From: Flavobacteriales bacterium
GTDB taxonomy: Bacteria > Bacteroidota > Bacteroidia > Flavobacteriales_F > PHOS-HE28
Direction: 5' to 3'
Length of the DNA: 64,000 nucleotides
NCBI GenBank assembly: GCA_016710965.1
Contig: JADJTW010000011.1
Coordinates: 27,040-91,039, forward strand
The notes below the pieces were generated by a model. That model saw nothing but the letters and a program-made list of their open reading frames with translations, was not told the DNA's origin and did not search any database. Each line of letters begins with the position of its first letter. Position 1 is the first letter of the stretch. Below are positions 9,288 to 20,921 of this stretch, piece by piece. The position numbers and the translations under genes are program-made.

Positions 9288-11707
9288 ACAACGATTTTCG
9301 AATGCAGCAGATGCTCGTTGGAACTAACGCGGAGCGTGTACGTCCCCGCAGCAACGGTTCGAAGGTCCAACGCGAACTGCGGGCCCCCGAACGATTTGCT
9401 CAAGACCCGATTGCCGCGGCTATCGAGCAACTCGACACCGATCGACCCTGTTTCAACCCAGGCCCCTGCTTCTATTGGGATGTCGAAGTGATCGCCAGGT
9501 TGGTTTGATACGGATGCTCGGAGGACTCGCTGTTGTATGCACGCCGAGTTCGATCTCCTTGTCCTGTTCCACGAAGGACGTCGGGGGGCCTTGGACGAAG
9601 GACACCGATGTACTCCGCAAATTCACGCTCGCGATGTCCTCGCACGTGAAGACGACCGGTGCGGTATGCGCATGGACTTCGCAGCCTGTGAGGGCGCGGA
9701 ATTCCTGCCCCCAATGCACAGCGTAGCGGGCCTTCATATCGGAGCGGCCGCCCACAACTTCGTTCTCGAAGGACAGGCTTGCCAGTGCTTCGAAATTCTG
9801 CGTCTCGTTCGACCAGACAACAGCGTACTCCACAACCTGGTCCACCTGGCTGACCAGTGATTGCAGCGCGTGGGTGGCTCCTGGCAGAAAAGGATAGAAG
9901 GCATTGTCTTCTCCCACGTAGCCCTTCTTCATCCATGCCGTAGCATAAGCGCCGAATTTGATGTCCCAGATGATTTTGTCCAGCACCTCCCCGGGCACGT
10001 TAGGGTTCAATGGATTGCCTGGCGCCGGATCATACGCCCTTATCTCGAATTCTCCGTTGTCATCGGTGTAGCCCGAATGCGTGTACATTGTCGGACTCGG
10101 ATTCGGGAGAAAGGGGTTATCCACACCAACCCATCCGACGGCGTGAACCGCCGCGCCTGCAATCGGGTTTCCACCTTGATCAACCAGCCTTCCTGTAAGC
10201 GTTCCATAGTAGGCCTGGCCCCACACGTCAGTGTACACCGTTGAGTTCGATGGATGCCCGTACGGATTGTAGTACGCGTCGTTCATATCCACCGTGGGCG
10301 AGACCGGACCGTATTGCACGGATGGCGCTGGCGGGTTAGTCACCCACGAGACGAAGGTCTCCGCCGCCTGCTTGCGCAATGCCTCGTAGCCCGTGATACC
10401 GTTGACGAGGTCCATCGGTCCGGGATCGCCCGATTTGTGGATCCCATAGTACCGTTCGAGTAGTCCTGCGGTGAGTTCGGATCATTCGGTATCGGCGGCC
10501 ATGGCGGCGGATCGGCGTACCAGTGGATGTTCTGGAAGACCCACCACCCATAGCCGGCACAGCGCGAGCCAAGGACGAGCGGGAATGTGGCGCGCAGGAA
10601 ATCATCCTGGTCCTGCTCGCTTCCGAGCAGGTACGGATACGCATAGCTTGGATAGCCATTGGGATTGTCCTGTCCTTGGAAACCGGTCTCAGTGATGATG
10701 TACGGCTTGCGGATGAAACGGTCGTATTCGTACAGCATATCGGCGTAGCGCTTTGTGGCCTTGTCCAAGAAGGTGGAGGGGTCATCGTCATGCTCGAACC
10801 GATCGTGAAGCAGATAGAGATGCATGGTCGCAAAGTCGACCTCGAGCAGCAACGGATCCCAACCTTCGCGCCAGAGGTCGTCCATGAACACACCCCCGAT
10901 GGTGGTAAGATGGCCGGGATCCACCTGTTTCAGCCTCTGGTTCCAAGCGTGCGCTATCTCACAGATCTGCGCCCTTGTGTGTTTCGGCAGGACCTCTGGC
11001 CTTCCATCGGTAAAAGTCGGCTCACCGTAGAATTCGTACGCGAGCAGGTTCGTCACATCCTGTGCCTCAATGAAGGTGGCAATGGCCTCGATGTAGTCGA
11101 GGTGATCCTGGATCTCGGGCCAATCGGCGTTCAGGTCGAGCGCATGAACATCGCCGCCTATCTCGAACAAAACCTTCATGCCCACTGTATTCGCCAGACT
11201 GCATACTTGGAGCACCGTGTTCATTTGGAATTCGAACACCAGGTTCGCTTGCGGATCGTACGGCGGGTCCAGGTTGAGGAACAATTCGTCCTGTCCCGAT
11301 GGAAAGGCCTTGATCGACAGCAGATGCCCGTCGCCGGCCTTCTTCGTCACCCGGCTCAGGTATCGGATGGTATTGAATCCCATGGCTTTCATCTCGTGGA
11401 GGTCTTGCACGATGCTGGCCGGACCAGCCGCGATGCTGGGATAGGCGCACTGTCCGGTGGCGCCGAAGAAGGACGAGCGGCCGTAGCCGCAAGGTGCCAG
11501 CTCGGCAGCGCTGGGGTCGAGGGACGGTGGAGCATTGGAAGGATAGAAGAAATCGATGAAGTAGTTCATCACCATCGGGAAGAACGGTGCTCCGTTCTCA
11601 TCGATGAACTGATCTCCTTGAAGCCGGATATAGCCGGGTTGCGCCATCGCAGTGCCTACGGCAAGGCACACGAGGAAGACAAGTGCTCGTGCCATGGCGC
11701 TGCTCAC
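9288..11707 (-). CDS. GH5-family glycoside hydrolase with CarbopepD_reg-like module and T9SS C-terminal domain; at least two frameshifts
   Basis: ORF 10340..11707 has a signal peptide, GFNTIRY, YGEP and YIITETG (GH5 catalytic motifs). ORF 9453..10415, in a different frame, contains LTGRLVDQGGNPIAGAAVHAVG...YTDDNGEFEI. A T9SS C-terminal domain (PGDHFDIPIEAGAWVETGSIGVELLDSRGNRVL...GTYTLRVSSNEHLLHSKIVVKH) was found by manual translation of 9288..9485 in a third frame. Confidence 0.65.
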
Positions 11708-13243
11708 TTCTTGGCGGCTATGGTTTCCTCCAACCGTGCGATGCGCTCTTCCAGTTGCAGGATGTACAGCGCCTGCTCCTCCACCACCTGCAGCATGCGC
11801 ACCTGCAGGTCGCCCACTTCCACCCCGCCCTTGGCCGCCACTTCGGCGGCGCTGGGTATGCCGGGCAAGTGGTAGTGCTCATTCAGGTATTCGCGCAACT
11901 CGTCCAAGGAGCGCAGCGCGTAATCGTTGGCGAAGACGAAGTCCGGGAAATCCTCGGCGGTCACCAGCACATCGCGGGTAACGATGCCGCCTTCGACGTA
12001 GAGCTTGTACAAGCTGCTCGTGCCGAACTCGGCGTTGCCGATCCCCACTCGGCCGATGTCATCGACCCGCAGGCGCACCGCATCGGAAACATCGTCCCAG
12101 AGGAAGAAGTCCTGCCCGCCATCGGCGTCGAAATCGCAGCCGAGCCCCCAGCGTTGCGCGCCCGCAGCGGCGAAGCGGATCTCGCTGTGCGCATTGCCCG
12201 CTGCGGTGTTCACCAGGCTCATGCCACCGCGTTCATCGGCGTGGTGTACTTCGAATCGGTTCGTCGGATCGGATGAGCCGATGGCTACACGGCCTGCGGA
12301 TGTTATCCGCATGCGTTCCTGGTTGTATGTCTTCAATACCAACGGTTGCTCATTGATGCTCCCGAGGAATCCCGAAGTTGCTGATATAGTTGCCGCAGCG
12401 TGTCCACGGCAGTGCTCCGTGGTCAGGACATCCTTCGGGTATCGTCGGAATATCGCCGTCGACAAAGCGCTTCAAGTTGCCCAAGCTGTCGATGTAGAGC
12501 ATGGCTGGTGTGTTGGCGGAGAGGCCGGGGAACTTCATGACGCCGTCGGCCGGATAGCCGGAACCGTTCGATGCCATCGCTCTTGAACACCACGTCCTGC
12601 GCATCGCTGGTGCCCAGGTATTGGGCGTCGGGGTCGGTGTTGGCATTGCCGCCCATCTGCCAATCGCTGCGCTCGGGCTGGGTAAGGGTGATGCGCTCGC
12701 TGCCGACCCTGCATTGGTTGGCATCGGTAACGCTTACCGCGTAGGGCAAGGCGCCGAGCGCGCTGCGGTCCTGGGTGTACACCTCATCGCCCCAGTCGTA
12801 GCTGTAGGGCGGCACGCCGCCTTCCATCGTTACATCGATGCTGCCGTTGTAGCACTCGTAGCAGCTGATGTTGTAGCCGCTCAGGTACCGGTAGGGCGTT
12901 GCGCTTACTTGAAGGGCCACAGGCTCCACCAAGGTGATCTGCGCCTGCACCTCAACGAAGTCGGCATCCTTCACGCTGATGATGTAGAGCCCGGCGGCCA
13001 GACCGGTCTGGTCCTCGGCGTTCGATCCATTGGACCACTGGATGATGTACGGCGCAGTGCCACCCGTGATCGTGGCATCGATGGCGCCGTCCTGCGCGCC
13101 GAAGCAGGTGATGTGGTAGCCGTTATGGTCCGGCGCGTCCAGCGTGACTTGGAGGGTTTGCGCGGAGAGCGCACTAGCGCATAGCGCGAACGTCAGCAGC
13201 GAGATGGATCTTGCGGGGGGGGCAGAAAACGCTGTGTGCTCAT
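11704..13243 (-). CDS. SprB-repeat cell-surface protein with a tail-fibre / peptidase-S74-like C-terminal chaperone domain; split over three or more frames
   Basis: The ATG at 13243 is followed by an 8-C tract. With 9 C the reading frame gives MSTQRFLPPPARSISLLTFALCASALSAQ, then SprB repeats (YHITCFGAQDGAIDATITGGTAPYIIQWSNGS; ISCYECYNGSIDVTMEGGVPPYSYDWG). ORF 11704..12465 ends ...HLPGIPSAAEVAAKGGVEVGDL...LQLEERIARLEE, which is S74-like. Confidence 0.55.
13215..13222. repeat. Poly-G homopolymer (8 G on the + strand; poly-C in the minus-strand coding sequence)
   Basis: ttgcGGGGGGGGcag. It lies 21 nt downstream of the ATG of the SprB-like gene. A tract length of 9 would restore the frame. Confidence 0.9.
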
Positions 13244-13307
13244 GGCCTTGGGTTCAGTAGTTCGCTTTCGACAGGTCGAAGGTGCGCATGCCTCTGGGCT
13301 ATTCGCA

Positions 13308-13325
13308 ATACCTGTTTCCAGGTAT
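13308..13325 (-). promoter_or_regulatory. Palindrome site 1: ATACCTG-TTTC-CAGGTAT (GAAA centre on the minus strand)
   Basis: Perfect 7-bp arms. Sits about 65-80 bp upstream of the minus-strand SprB-like gene start. Confidence 0.4.
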
Positions 13326-13335
13326 TTTTCGAGTG

Positions 13336-13359
13336 TAATGATGTCATTAAGCATCATTA
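13336..13359. promoter_or_regulatory. Inverted repeat TAATGATG-N8-CATCATTA
   Basis: Perfect 8-bp arms in an AT-rich stretch between palindrome sites 1 and 2, inside a divergent promoter region. Confidence 0.35.
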
Positions 13360-13369
13360 GCAGCAGCAT

Positions 13370-13387
13370 CTACCTGGAAACAGGTGG
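13370..13387 (+). promoter_or_regulatory. Palindrome site 2: CTACCTG-GAAA-CAGGTGG
   Basis: One mismatch in the arms. Sits about 80 bp upstream of the plus-strand FAD oxidoreductase gene. Confidence 0.4.
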
Positions 13388-13467
13388 AGGAGCATATCGG
13401 TCGTGAGGCGAGCGGGTCTGGGTAACCAGCATTCCCTGTAGCATGGAACTCACCCCATCTTCGCCTC

Positions 13468-14517
13468 GTGCCTTTCACCCACGACGTCATCATCATCGGC
13501 CAGGGGCTTGCGGGCACCTTGCTCAGCGAGACGTTTGCCGATAGGGGCCTGCGCGTGATGGTCTTCGATGCGCCGCGTGCCAGGCGCTCGAGCGCGGTGG
13601 CTACGGGCATCATCAACCCCATCGTATTGCGGCGCACGGTGCCCACCTGGCGCGGCTCGGAGATGCTGGCCATAGCCGGTGCGTACTACCGTGAGTTGGA
13701 ATTGGACTACGACGCCAGCTTCTGGCGCCCCATGCCGCTGGTGGAGCTTTTCCCCACGGCGCAGGAGGCCGGGCTATGGCACGCGCGGATGAAGGAAGAG
13801 GAGCTGGCGCGCATGATCGCGCTCGGCAGCGGCGATGATCCGGCGGTGGCACAACTTCCTCAACCCTACGGTTGCGGCATGGTGAAGCGCTGCGCGTGGC
13901 TCGACATCCCTGCGTTGTTGCTTGCCCACCGCGAGCGATGGATGCGCTCGGGGGCTTTGGAAGAGCGCGCAGTGGAGCAGAGCGATGTGCGCGCCATCGA
14001 TGGTGGTGTTGAGCTCGCTGATCGTACAGCCCCTGTGCTGGTCTGGTGCGCCGGGCCCTTCCATAGCGTGAAAGGACTGGTGCCCGTTCGCGGCGAGGGA
14101 CTCACCGTACGACTTCCCGGCCTCGCGCTGCGCTCGATCGTGCATCGTGGGCTCTTCCTGCTGCCGATCGGTGACGAGGTGTATCGCGCTGGCGCCACCT
14201 TCAACTGGGACGATGTGTGGAGCGGGCGCACGGAGAAAGCGCGCCATCAGTTGCTGGACAAGCTCTCGCGCATCTGGAGCGGTGAAGTGGAAGTGCTGGA
14301 CCATTGGGCAGGCGTGCGCCCTGCCGCCGTGGACCGTCGTCCGATCCTCGGCCGGATCGATGCGCATCAAGCGGTATTCACCGGTCTGGGCTCGCGCGGT
14401 GGTTTGTTGGCACCATGGTGCGCCGCGCACCTGGCCGATCATCTCCTCACGGGCACTCCCTTGGACCCCGAAGTGGACCTCAAGCGGTTCACCGAACAGC
14501 CTCCGCCTTCTCTTTGA
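13468..14517 (+). CDS. FAD-dependent oxidoreductase (DAO / MnmC-C-terminal-like)
   Basis: N-terminal VIIIGQGLAG dinucleotide-binding motif; 349 aa. Confidence 0.65.
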   Translation: MPFTHDVIIIGQGLAGTLLSETFADRGLRVMVFDAPRARRSSAVATGIINPIVLRRTVPTWRGSEMLAIAGAYYRELELDYDASFWRPMPLVELFPTAQEAGLWHARMKEEELARMIALGSGDDPAVAQLPQPYGCGMVKRCAWLDIPALLLAHRERWMRSGALEERAVEQSDVRAIDGGVELADRTAPVLVWCAGPFHSVKGLVPVRGEGLTVRLPGLALRSIVHRGLFLLPIGDEVYRAGATFNWDDVWSGRTEKARHQLLDKLSRIWSGEVEVLDHWAGVRPAAVDRRPILGRIDAHQAVFTGLGSRGGLLAPWCAAHLADHLLTGTPLDPEVDLKRFTEQPPPSL

Positions 14518-14749
14518 TGCTCGCCACGAAGCCGTCGCAGAACTCGCGCAAAGCGGCCCAGTCGGTGTACTCGTAGTCCCTGGAGGCATCCGTCTCACGT
14601 CCTTCCTTCTTCGCTATCATGCGCATGATGAAGCGCTTGAAGAAGTCGTTCTGAAGATATTTGAGGGCACCGGTCACCAGTTCGATCCGGCGAGGTGTCC
14701 GCGCGCATCCGTTGTCGAAGGAAGGGGCGCATTCCTTGGCCTCATTCAT
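14489..14749 (-). CDS. Small hypothetical protein
   Basis: The ORF starts at MNEAKECAP...; no recognisable domain. Confidence 0.25.
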   Translation of the reverse strand: MNEAKECAPSFDNGCARTPRRIELVTGALKYLQNDFFKRFIMRMIAKKEGRETDASRDYEYTDWAALREFCDGFVASIKEKAEAVR

Positions 14750-14773
14750 GATCGTTGTCAACCCCAAGCCCCG

Positions 14774-17700
14774 ATGAATACGAGCTTTGCGCACCGCCTT
14801 CGTCGCGCCGCTCCGACCATGCTGAAACCAGCCCTCCGCACCGCCCTTGTCCTATCCGTCGCCGCTGCCGTCCTCTTCGGTTGCCGCACCACGCACGAAA
14901 GCGTACGCAGTGTACAGCGTGCGGATCCACGCTGGTCGGCCATCGACTCCCTGGCGAACCTCGGGCAATACGCTACGGCGTTGGAGCGCACCGATTCGCT
15001 CCTGGCCGAGGCTGAGCGCAGCGGTGATTGGCGCACCGAGTTCAAGGCGTGGATACGCCGTGCCGAGTTCCGCGACTATGCCGGTGTGGAGGATGTTCTG
15101 ACGCTCAAGGAGCTGGGCGATCGAGCGCGCATCGCGCCGGTGCCACTAGCCCAGCTATTGCACAGTGTCCGCGCCGAGGGATGGTGGACCAAGTACAGCA
15201 ACGAACGATGGATCATCCTCGAACGCACGGAACTGGCGACTGTTAGCGACGACGACCCCGAGACGTGGACCCAGCGACGGTACATGGAAGAAGTGATCGG
15301 GGCGTTCTCGGCCTCGGTGCGACCGATGGACACGCTTGCGCGGATCCCTGTCGGCGAGCTCGGGATACTGCTTGAAGGCGATAGTGGAGCGCACTACCTG
15401 CGGCCCACGCTCTTCGATCTGCTCGCGCACAGGGCCATTGCTGTTTTCCGCAACAGCGAAACTCGACTGGCTGAGCCCGCCTGGCGCTTCACGCTGGACG
15501 ACCCGCACTACTTCACGCTCTTCGAGCCCTTCGCTATGCGGCCCTTGCGCCACCGGGACAGTACAGCATGGGAGTTCCAGGCTTTGCGCCTCTATCAAGA
15601 GATGGAGCGTATCCATTTGGTGGATGATACCATCGCCGCGTACGTGGACCTGGTGACGGACCGCCTGGCATACGTGCATGAGCACTGCGCGCTGCCCAAC
15701 AAGGATTCGTTGCATCTGGCGGCATTGGAACAGCTGCGCACGCGCCTTCCCGAGGATGTGTGCTGGAGCGAGACCACCGTGGAGATCGCTCGCTGGCACG
15801 CCCGCGCCGCCGGGCGCTACGACCGACTGAATGGCGATGCGTGGAAGTGGGAGCGCAAGCGGGCGGTGGAACTATGCGACTCGGCGATCGCACGTTGGCC
15901 GAAGTCCTTCGGCGCGCGCAATGCACGGGCCTTGAGAGAGCGATTGAAGCAAGCCGAGATGAATGTGCAGTGCGAGCAGGCCGTGCCCTCGCGTAAGGAC
16001 TTCCTCATTTCTCTGGAGTACCGCAATGCTCCGCATGTATGGCTGCGTGTGGTGAAGGACCCGGCGAAGGAGGGCGAACGCCAGTATGGACAAGAACATG
16101 CGGTGCGCCTGGCCGCCATGAAGCCAGAGCTTGCTTGGGACATCGCCCTTCCGGACGACGGCGACCTGAACAGCCATCGCGTGGAGTTGCCCGTTGCAGG
16201 ACTGCCTTACGGCAAGTACGTGGTCCTTGCCAGCACGAGCGCCGCCTTCAATGCGATCGAGTACCCGATGGTGTGGTGCAACTTGCAAGTGACGGACATG
16301 TCCGTTGTTCGTCGCGAAAGCGGGACCAACCTCGAACTCCTGGTGCTTGATCGGACGAGCGGCCTTCCCTTGCCCGGCGTGATGGCCACGCTCTTCGTCG
16401 AAGACTTTTCCAGCGGTGAGAGGCGCAAGGAGAAGCTGGCGCATTGGTCACCGATGCAGAAGGACGCGTGCGCTCTCCCCGTACGATGCGCAATGGGCGC
16501 GCTGAGTGGCTGCTCGAGAACAACGACGACCGGTACACTTCCCAGAACCTGTACATCTATCCGCGATTCGAAGGCGAGTCCGTGGACCTCCGGACCTTCC
16601 TGTTCACGGACCGCGCCATTTACCGGCCCGGGCAGGAGATGCATGTGAAGGGGATCGTGACCACGAGGAGGGGGAAGAACGCAGAGATCGTCACCGGCTA
16701 TCGCGCTCGGGTGTTCTTCCATGATGTGAACGGCGACGTGATCGACTCGCTGATCGCCACAACCGATGCGTATGGCGCATTCCACGGGACCTTCACCACA
16801 CCGGTCGGCAGGCTCACGGGCCTCATGCACCTCCACGAAGAGCACGGCGACAAGTGGATCCGTGTCGAAGAGTACAAGCGGCCCACCTTCGAGGCACGAT
16901 TCGAACCCATATCTGCCACGCCCACGCTCGGCGATGAAGCCATGGTGGTCGGAACGGCCTTGAGCTACGCCGGAGCGCCGCTCGATGGCGCCAGCGTGCG
17001 CTACACGGTAAGGCGCAGCGCGCGCATGCCGTGGTGGTGCGGCTGGCAGTGGCGGGGCCTCGGTTGGTGGCGGCAGACCGAAGTCGCCAGCGGCGAAGCG
17101 ACCTGCGACGCACAGGGGCGGTTCATCGTGCGCTTCAAGGCCGAGGCCTCGCGCGCCTTCCCGCGCGCGGCAGACCCTTCGTTCGCCTTCGATGTAGAAG
17201 CATGGGTGACCGACATCAACGGAGAGACGCAGAGCGCCAGCACCTCCTTCGTCGTGGGCTACCGCAGCATCGAGCCCCTGCTCGGTGTCGAAGACGCCGT
17301 CGATCGCAGTATGGCCGATAGCCTGCTGGCGCGCATCGACAACCTCAATGGACAGCGCGTCGATATCCCTTTCGATCTACGCATCACACGACTGCTTCGG
17401 CCAGAAGGGCGTGTCAAGCGTACGCGCCTGTGGGAGCGCCCCGATCAACAGGTGCTGACCGACGAGGAATTCGCACAGCGCTTCCCCGATGACGAACGCA
17501 CCGACATGGATGATCCCGTGAATTGGGCCCGTGGTGCAGTGGTACTGGATCAACATGGACTTTCGCCGGAAGGCAAGCAGGTTGCGCTTGCGGGCGTCCG
17601 TGATTGGGAAGTGGGCACTTACATCGCCGAGTTGGATGTGGTCGACCCTGGCGGACAGCCCGTGAGGGTGTCAAGGACCTTCACGTTGTTCGACCCGGAT

Positions 17701-20700
17701 ATCCAGCACACGGGATTCGAGAACGAAGCATTCCATGTGGAGGTGCTCAATGCGCAGTGCGAGCCGGGCGAGAAGGCTGTGCTGCTATTGAGCAGCGCGC
17801 TGCCCGCCTGCCGTGTGCTCATGGAGGTGGAACGCGATGGCGCCATCGTTGTCAGTCGCCCCTTCACCTTGCGCAATGGCCAGCAGCGTGTGGAGCTGCC
17901 GGTGCTCGAAGGAGATCGCGGCGGCTTCGCCGTGCATTTCGTGTGCGTGGAACGAGGACGGGATCATAACAGCACGCAATGGATCGATGTGCCGTGGAGC
18001 AACAAGGAGCTCAAGGTGGAATGGATGAGCTTCCGCGACAAGCTGCTGCCCGGCGCTAGGGAGGAATGGAGGTTGCGTATCACCGGACCGAAGAAGGAGA
18101 AGGTGACGGCGCAGTTGCTGGCCGCGATGTATGATGCATCGCTCGATGTCTTCGAAACGCCGGATTGGTCCATGCCGATCCATGGCTCCAACAACGCCCT
18201 GCACGCATGGGCGCACAGCGAGCCATTCGGTATCGGCGGCGGATACCACAACTACGTGCAACGCTATGCCATTGCCGATAGCGCTCGCCGATATCCGCTC
18301 CTGGTCGGCGAGCTTCCACAGCGACGCATGAGGAGGCGGTTCCGTACGACAGCCGCACCCCCCACCGATGGTCGCATGGACATGGCCGGAGATGCGGCCG
18401 AGATGGAAGCGACGAGGTCGTTCAGCCTGGCTGCAGGGCTGACCGATGGGTCCCTTCAGGAAGAAGATGAAGCGGACAAGAACGGAGGTGAGCGCACCGA
18501 AGCCGCCACGCAAGCGACCTCTCCAGGTAGCGCCTCTTTGCGCACCGACTTCCGCGAAACGGCTTTCTTCTTCCCCGACCTGCTCACCGATCGCGATGGC
18601 GAGGTGGTGCTCCGTTTCACTATGCCCGATGCGCTCACGCGTTGGAACTTCATGGGCTTTGCGCACACCAAGGAGCTGCAGCTGGCGCACATCGCGCGCA
18701 GCACCATCACCCAGAAACCGTTGATGGTGATCCCCAACCTGCCACGCTTCTTGCGCCAAGGCGATCGTATCACGCTCACGGCAAAGATCAACAAGGTTGA
18801 AGAAGGTGCTGCCAGCGGCACGGCGCGCCTTGAGCTCTTCGACCCGCGGACCAATGCCGCTATCACCTCCCGCTTCATCGCCGCCCGCACCGAACGGGCA
18901 TTCACCGCTGCGCCCGGGAGCAGCGCCAATGTCAGCTGGGCGCTGCAAGTGCCTGAGGGCGTCGATGCTGTTGCCGTGCGTATCACGGCATCCGGCATCG
19001 GCTTCAGCGATGGCGAAGAGCGCGTGCTGCCGATCCTCACGGACAAGGTGCTCGTCACGGAGAGCGTCCCCATGGCAATCACCAAGGCCGGCACCAAGAC
19101 ATTCGAGCTGCCGAACCTGCTTAACGCCGCAGACAGTCCTACGATCGAGCATCGTTCACTGACGCTGGAGTACACGCCCAACCCGGCATGGTATGCTGTG
19201 CAAGCCCTGCCGTACATGATGGAGTTCCCGCACGAATGCGCCGAGCAGGTCTTCAGCCGGTACTACGCGAACCGCCTCGCAACGCATATCGTTCGGCAGC
19301 GCCCCGCAGTGAAGAGGGTGTTCGAGGCGTGGAGCAAGGGCGCACCGGGCAACGAAGGCGCCTTCCTGAGCGCGCTGGAGAAGAACCCCGAGCTGCGCAG
19401 CGTATTGCTGGAGGAAACACCGTGGGTGATGAATGCGAAGGACGAGAGCGAACGCAAGCGCCGCATCGCGCTCTTCTTCGACCTGCACCGCATGGCCAAC
19501 GAAGAAGCCATGAGCTTGAAGAAGCTGGGCGACATGCAACGGCCCAACGGTGCATGGCCATGGTGGAGCGGCATGCAACCATCACGATACATCACCCAGC
19601 ACATCGTGGCGGGCTTCGGGCACCTCCAGAAGCTGGGCGCGCTCGACGATGATCCCGACACCGATGCACGACGCATGGTGAAGAGCGCCGTTGAGTGGCT
19701 GGACAAGCAAGCCGATGAGGACTACCGGCGCATGCTGCGCGACTTCAAGGGCGATAGCATCCCGCACCCGTCAGCGGAGGACATACACTACCTGTACGCG
19801 CGCACCTGCTTCCCGCAATATCCCTTCGATCGCAGGCGCGATGGGCTTGCGGAGTTCATCATCACACGGGCCGAGCGCTATTGGCTGCACTACGGCTTGC
19901 AGGAACAGGCTATGATCGCCATCGCGCTGCACAGGCTCGGCAACCAGGACGTGCCCGCGCTCATCATGGAATCGCTTTCGCAACGGGCAACCCTGAGCGA
20001 AGAGCTCGGCATGTACTGGAAGGGCTTCCACGTCGGCTACTACTGGTACGAGTTCCCAACGGAGACGCACGCGCTCATGATCGAAGCCTTCGACTTGGTG
20101 ACCAAAGACAAGCAGAAGGTGAACGCCTTGCGCCAATACCTGTTGAAGCTGAAGCAGACCACGGATTGGCGAACGACCAAAGCCACTGCTGATGCCTGCT
20201 ATGCACTACTGCTCACTGGCGACGATTGGCTGGAGGCCCGGAACGCCCCGGCGATCAGCGTGGGCGGCGAGCGGGTGAGGCCGCAGGCGCAGGAAGCGGG
20301 AACGGGTTATTTCACGAAGGCCTGGCAGGGCAACGAGGTGAAGCCGGCGATGGGCAGGGTTTCGGTGACCAGCACGGACGACGCCTTGCAATGGGGCGCC
20401 TTGCACTGGCAGTACTTCGAGCGCATGGACAAAGTGATGCCGCATGAGAGCCCCTTCAGCCTGCGCAGGCAAGTGATGCTGAACGAGCGGACGGACGCTG
20501 GTGCGCGACTGATCCCGCTCGATAGTGCGCGTGCATTGAAGGCCGGGGACAAGCTCACCGTGCGCGTTGAACTGCGCACGGATCGCTACCTGGATTACGT
20601 GCATCTCAAGGACTTGCGTGCAGCGGGCCTCGAACCTGTGGCCACTATCAGCGGTTACCAATGGAAGGGCGGCCTCGGCTACTACCAAAGCATCCGCGAC

Positions 20701-20877
20701 GCGGCCATGAATTTCTTCTTCGACCGCATCCCGCCGGGCACCTACGTGTTCGAGTACGACCTGAAGGCCACGCATACCGGCGTGTTCAGCAATGGCATCA
20801 CCAGCGCGCAATGCATGTACGCCCCGGAATTCTCCTCTCATAGCGCTGGGCTTGTGATCACCATCGGGCAACCGTAG
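14774..20877 (+). CDS. Alpha-2-macroglobulin family lipoprotein with thioester motif; frameshift near 16440
   Basis: Lipobox LSVAAAVLFGC. The A2M body shows MG-domain-like repeats and a thioester motif HECAEQ. ORFs 14147..16648 and 16444..20877 are consecutive pieces in frames offset by one base (...RRKEKLA / ALVTDAEGRV). Confidence 0.8.
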
Positions 20878-20921
20878 CCAGCGCGGAACCGGGCTTCCCA
20901 TTCCTGCGTAGGAGGCCCGCC

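Noticed and set aside
14147-14773. N-terminal extension of the alpha-2-macroglobulin ORF to 14147
   Set aside because: The extension is antisense to the FAD-oxidoreductase gene and lacks signal-peptide features. The lipoprotein start at 14774 or 14819 fits better.
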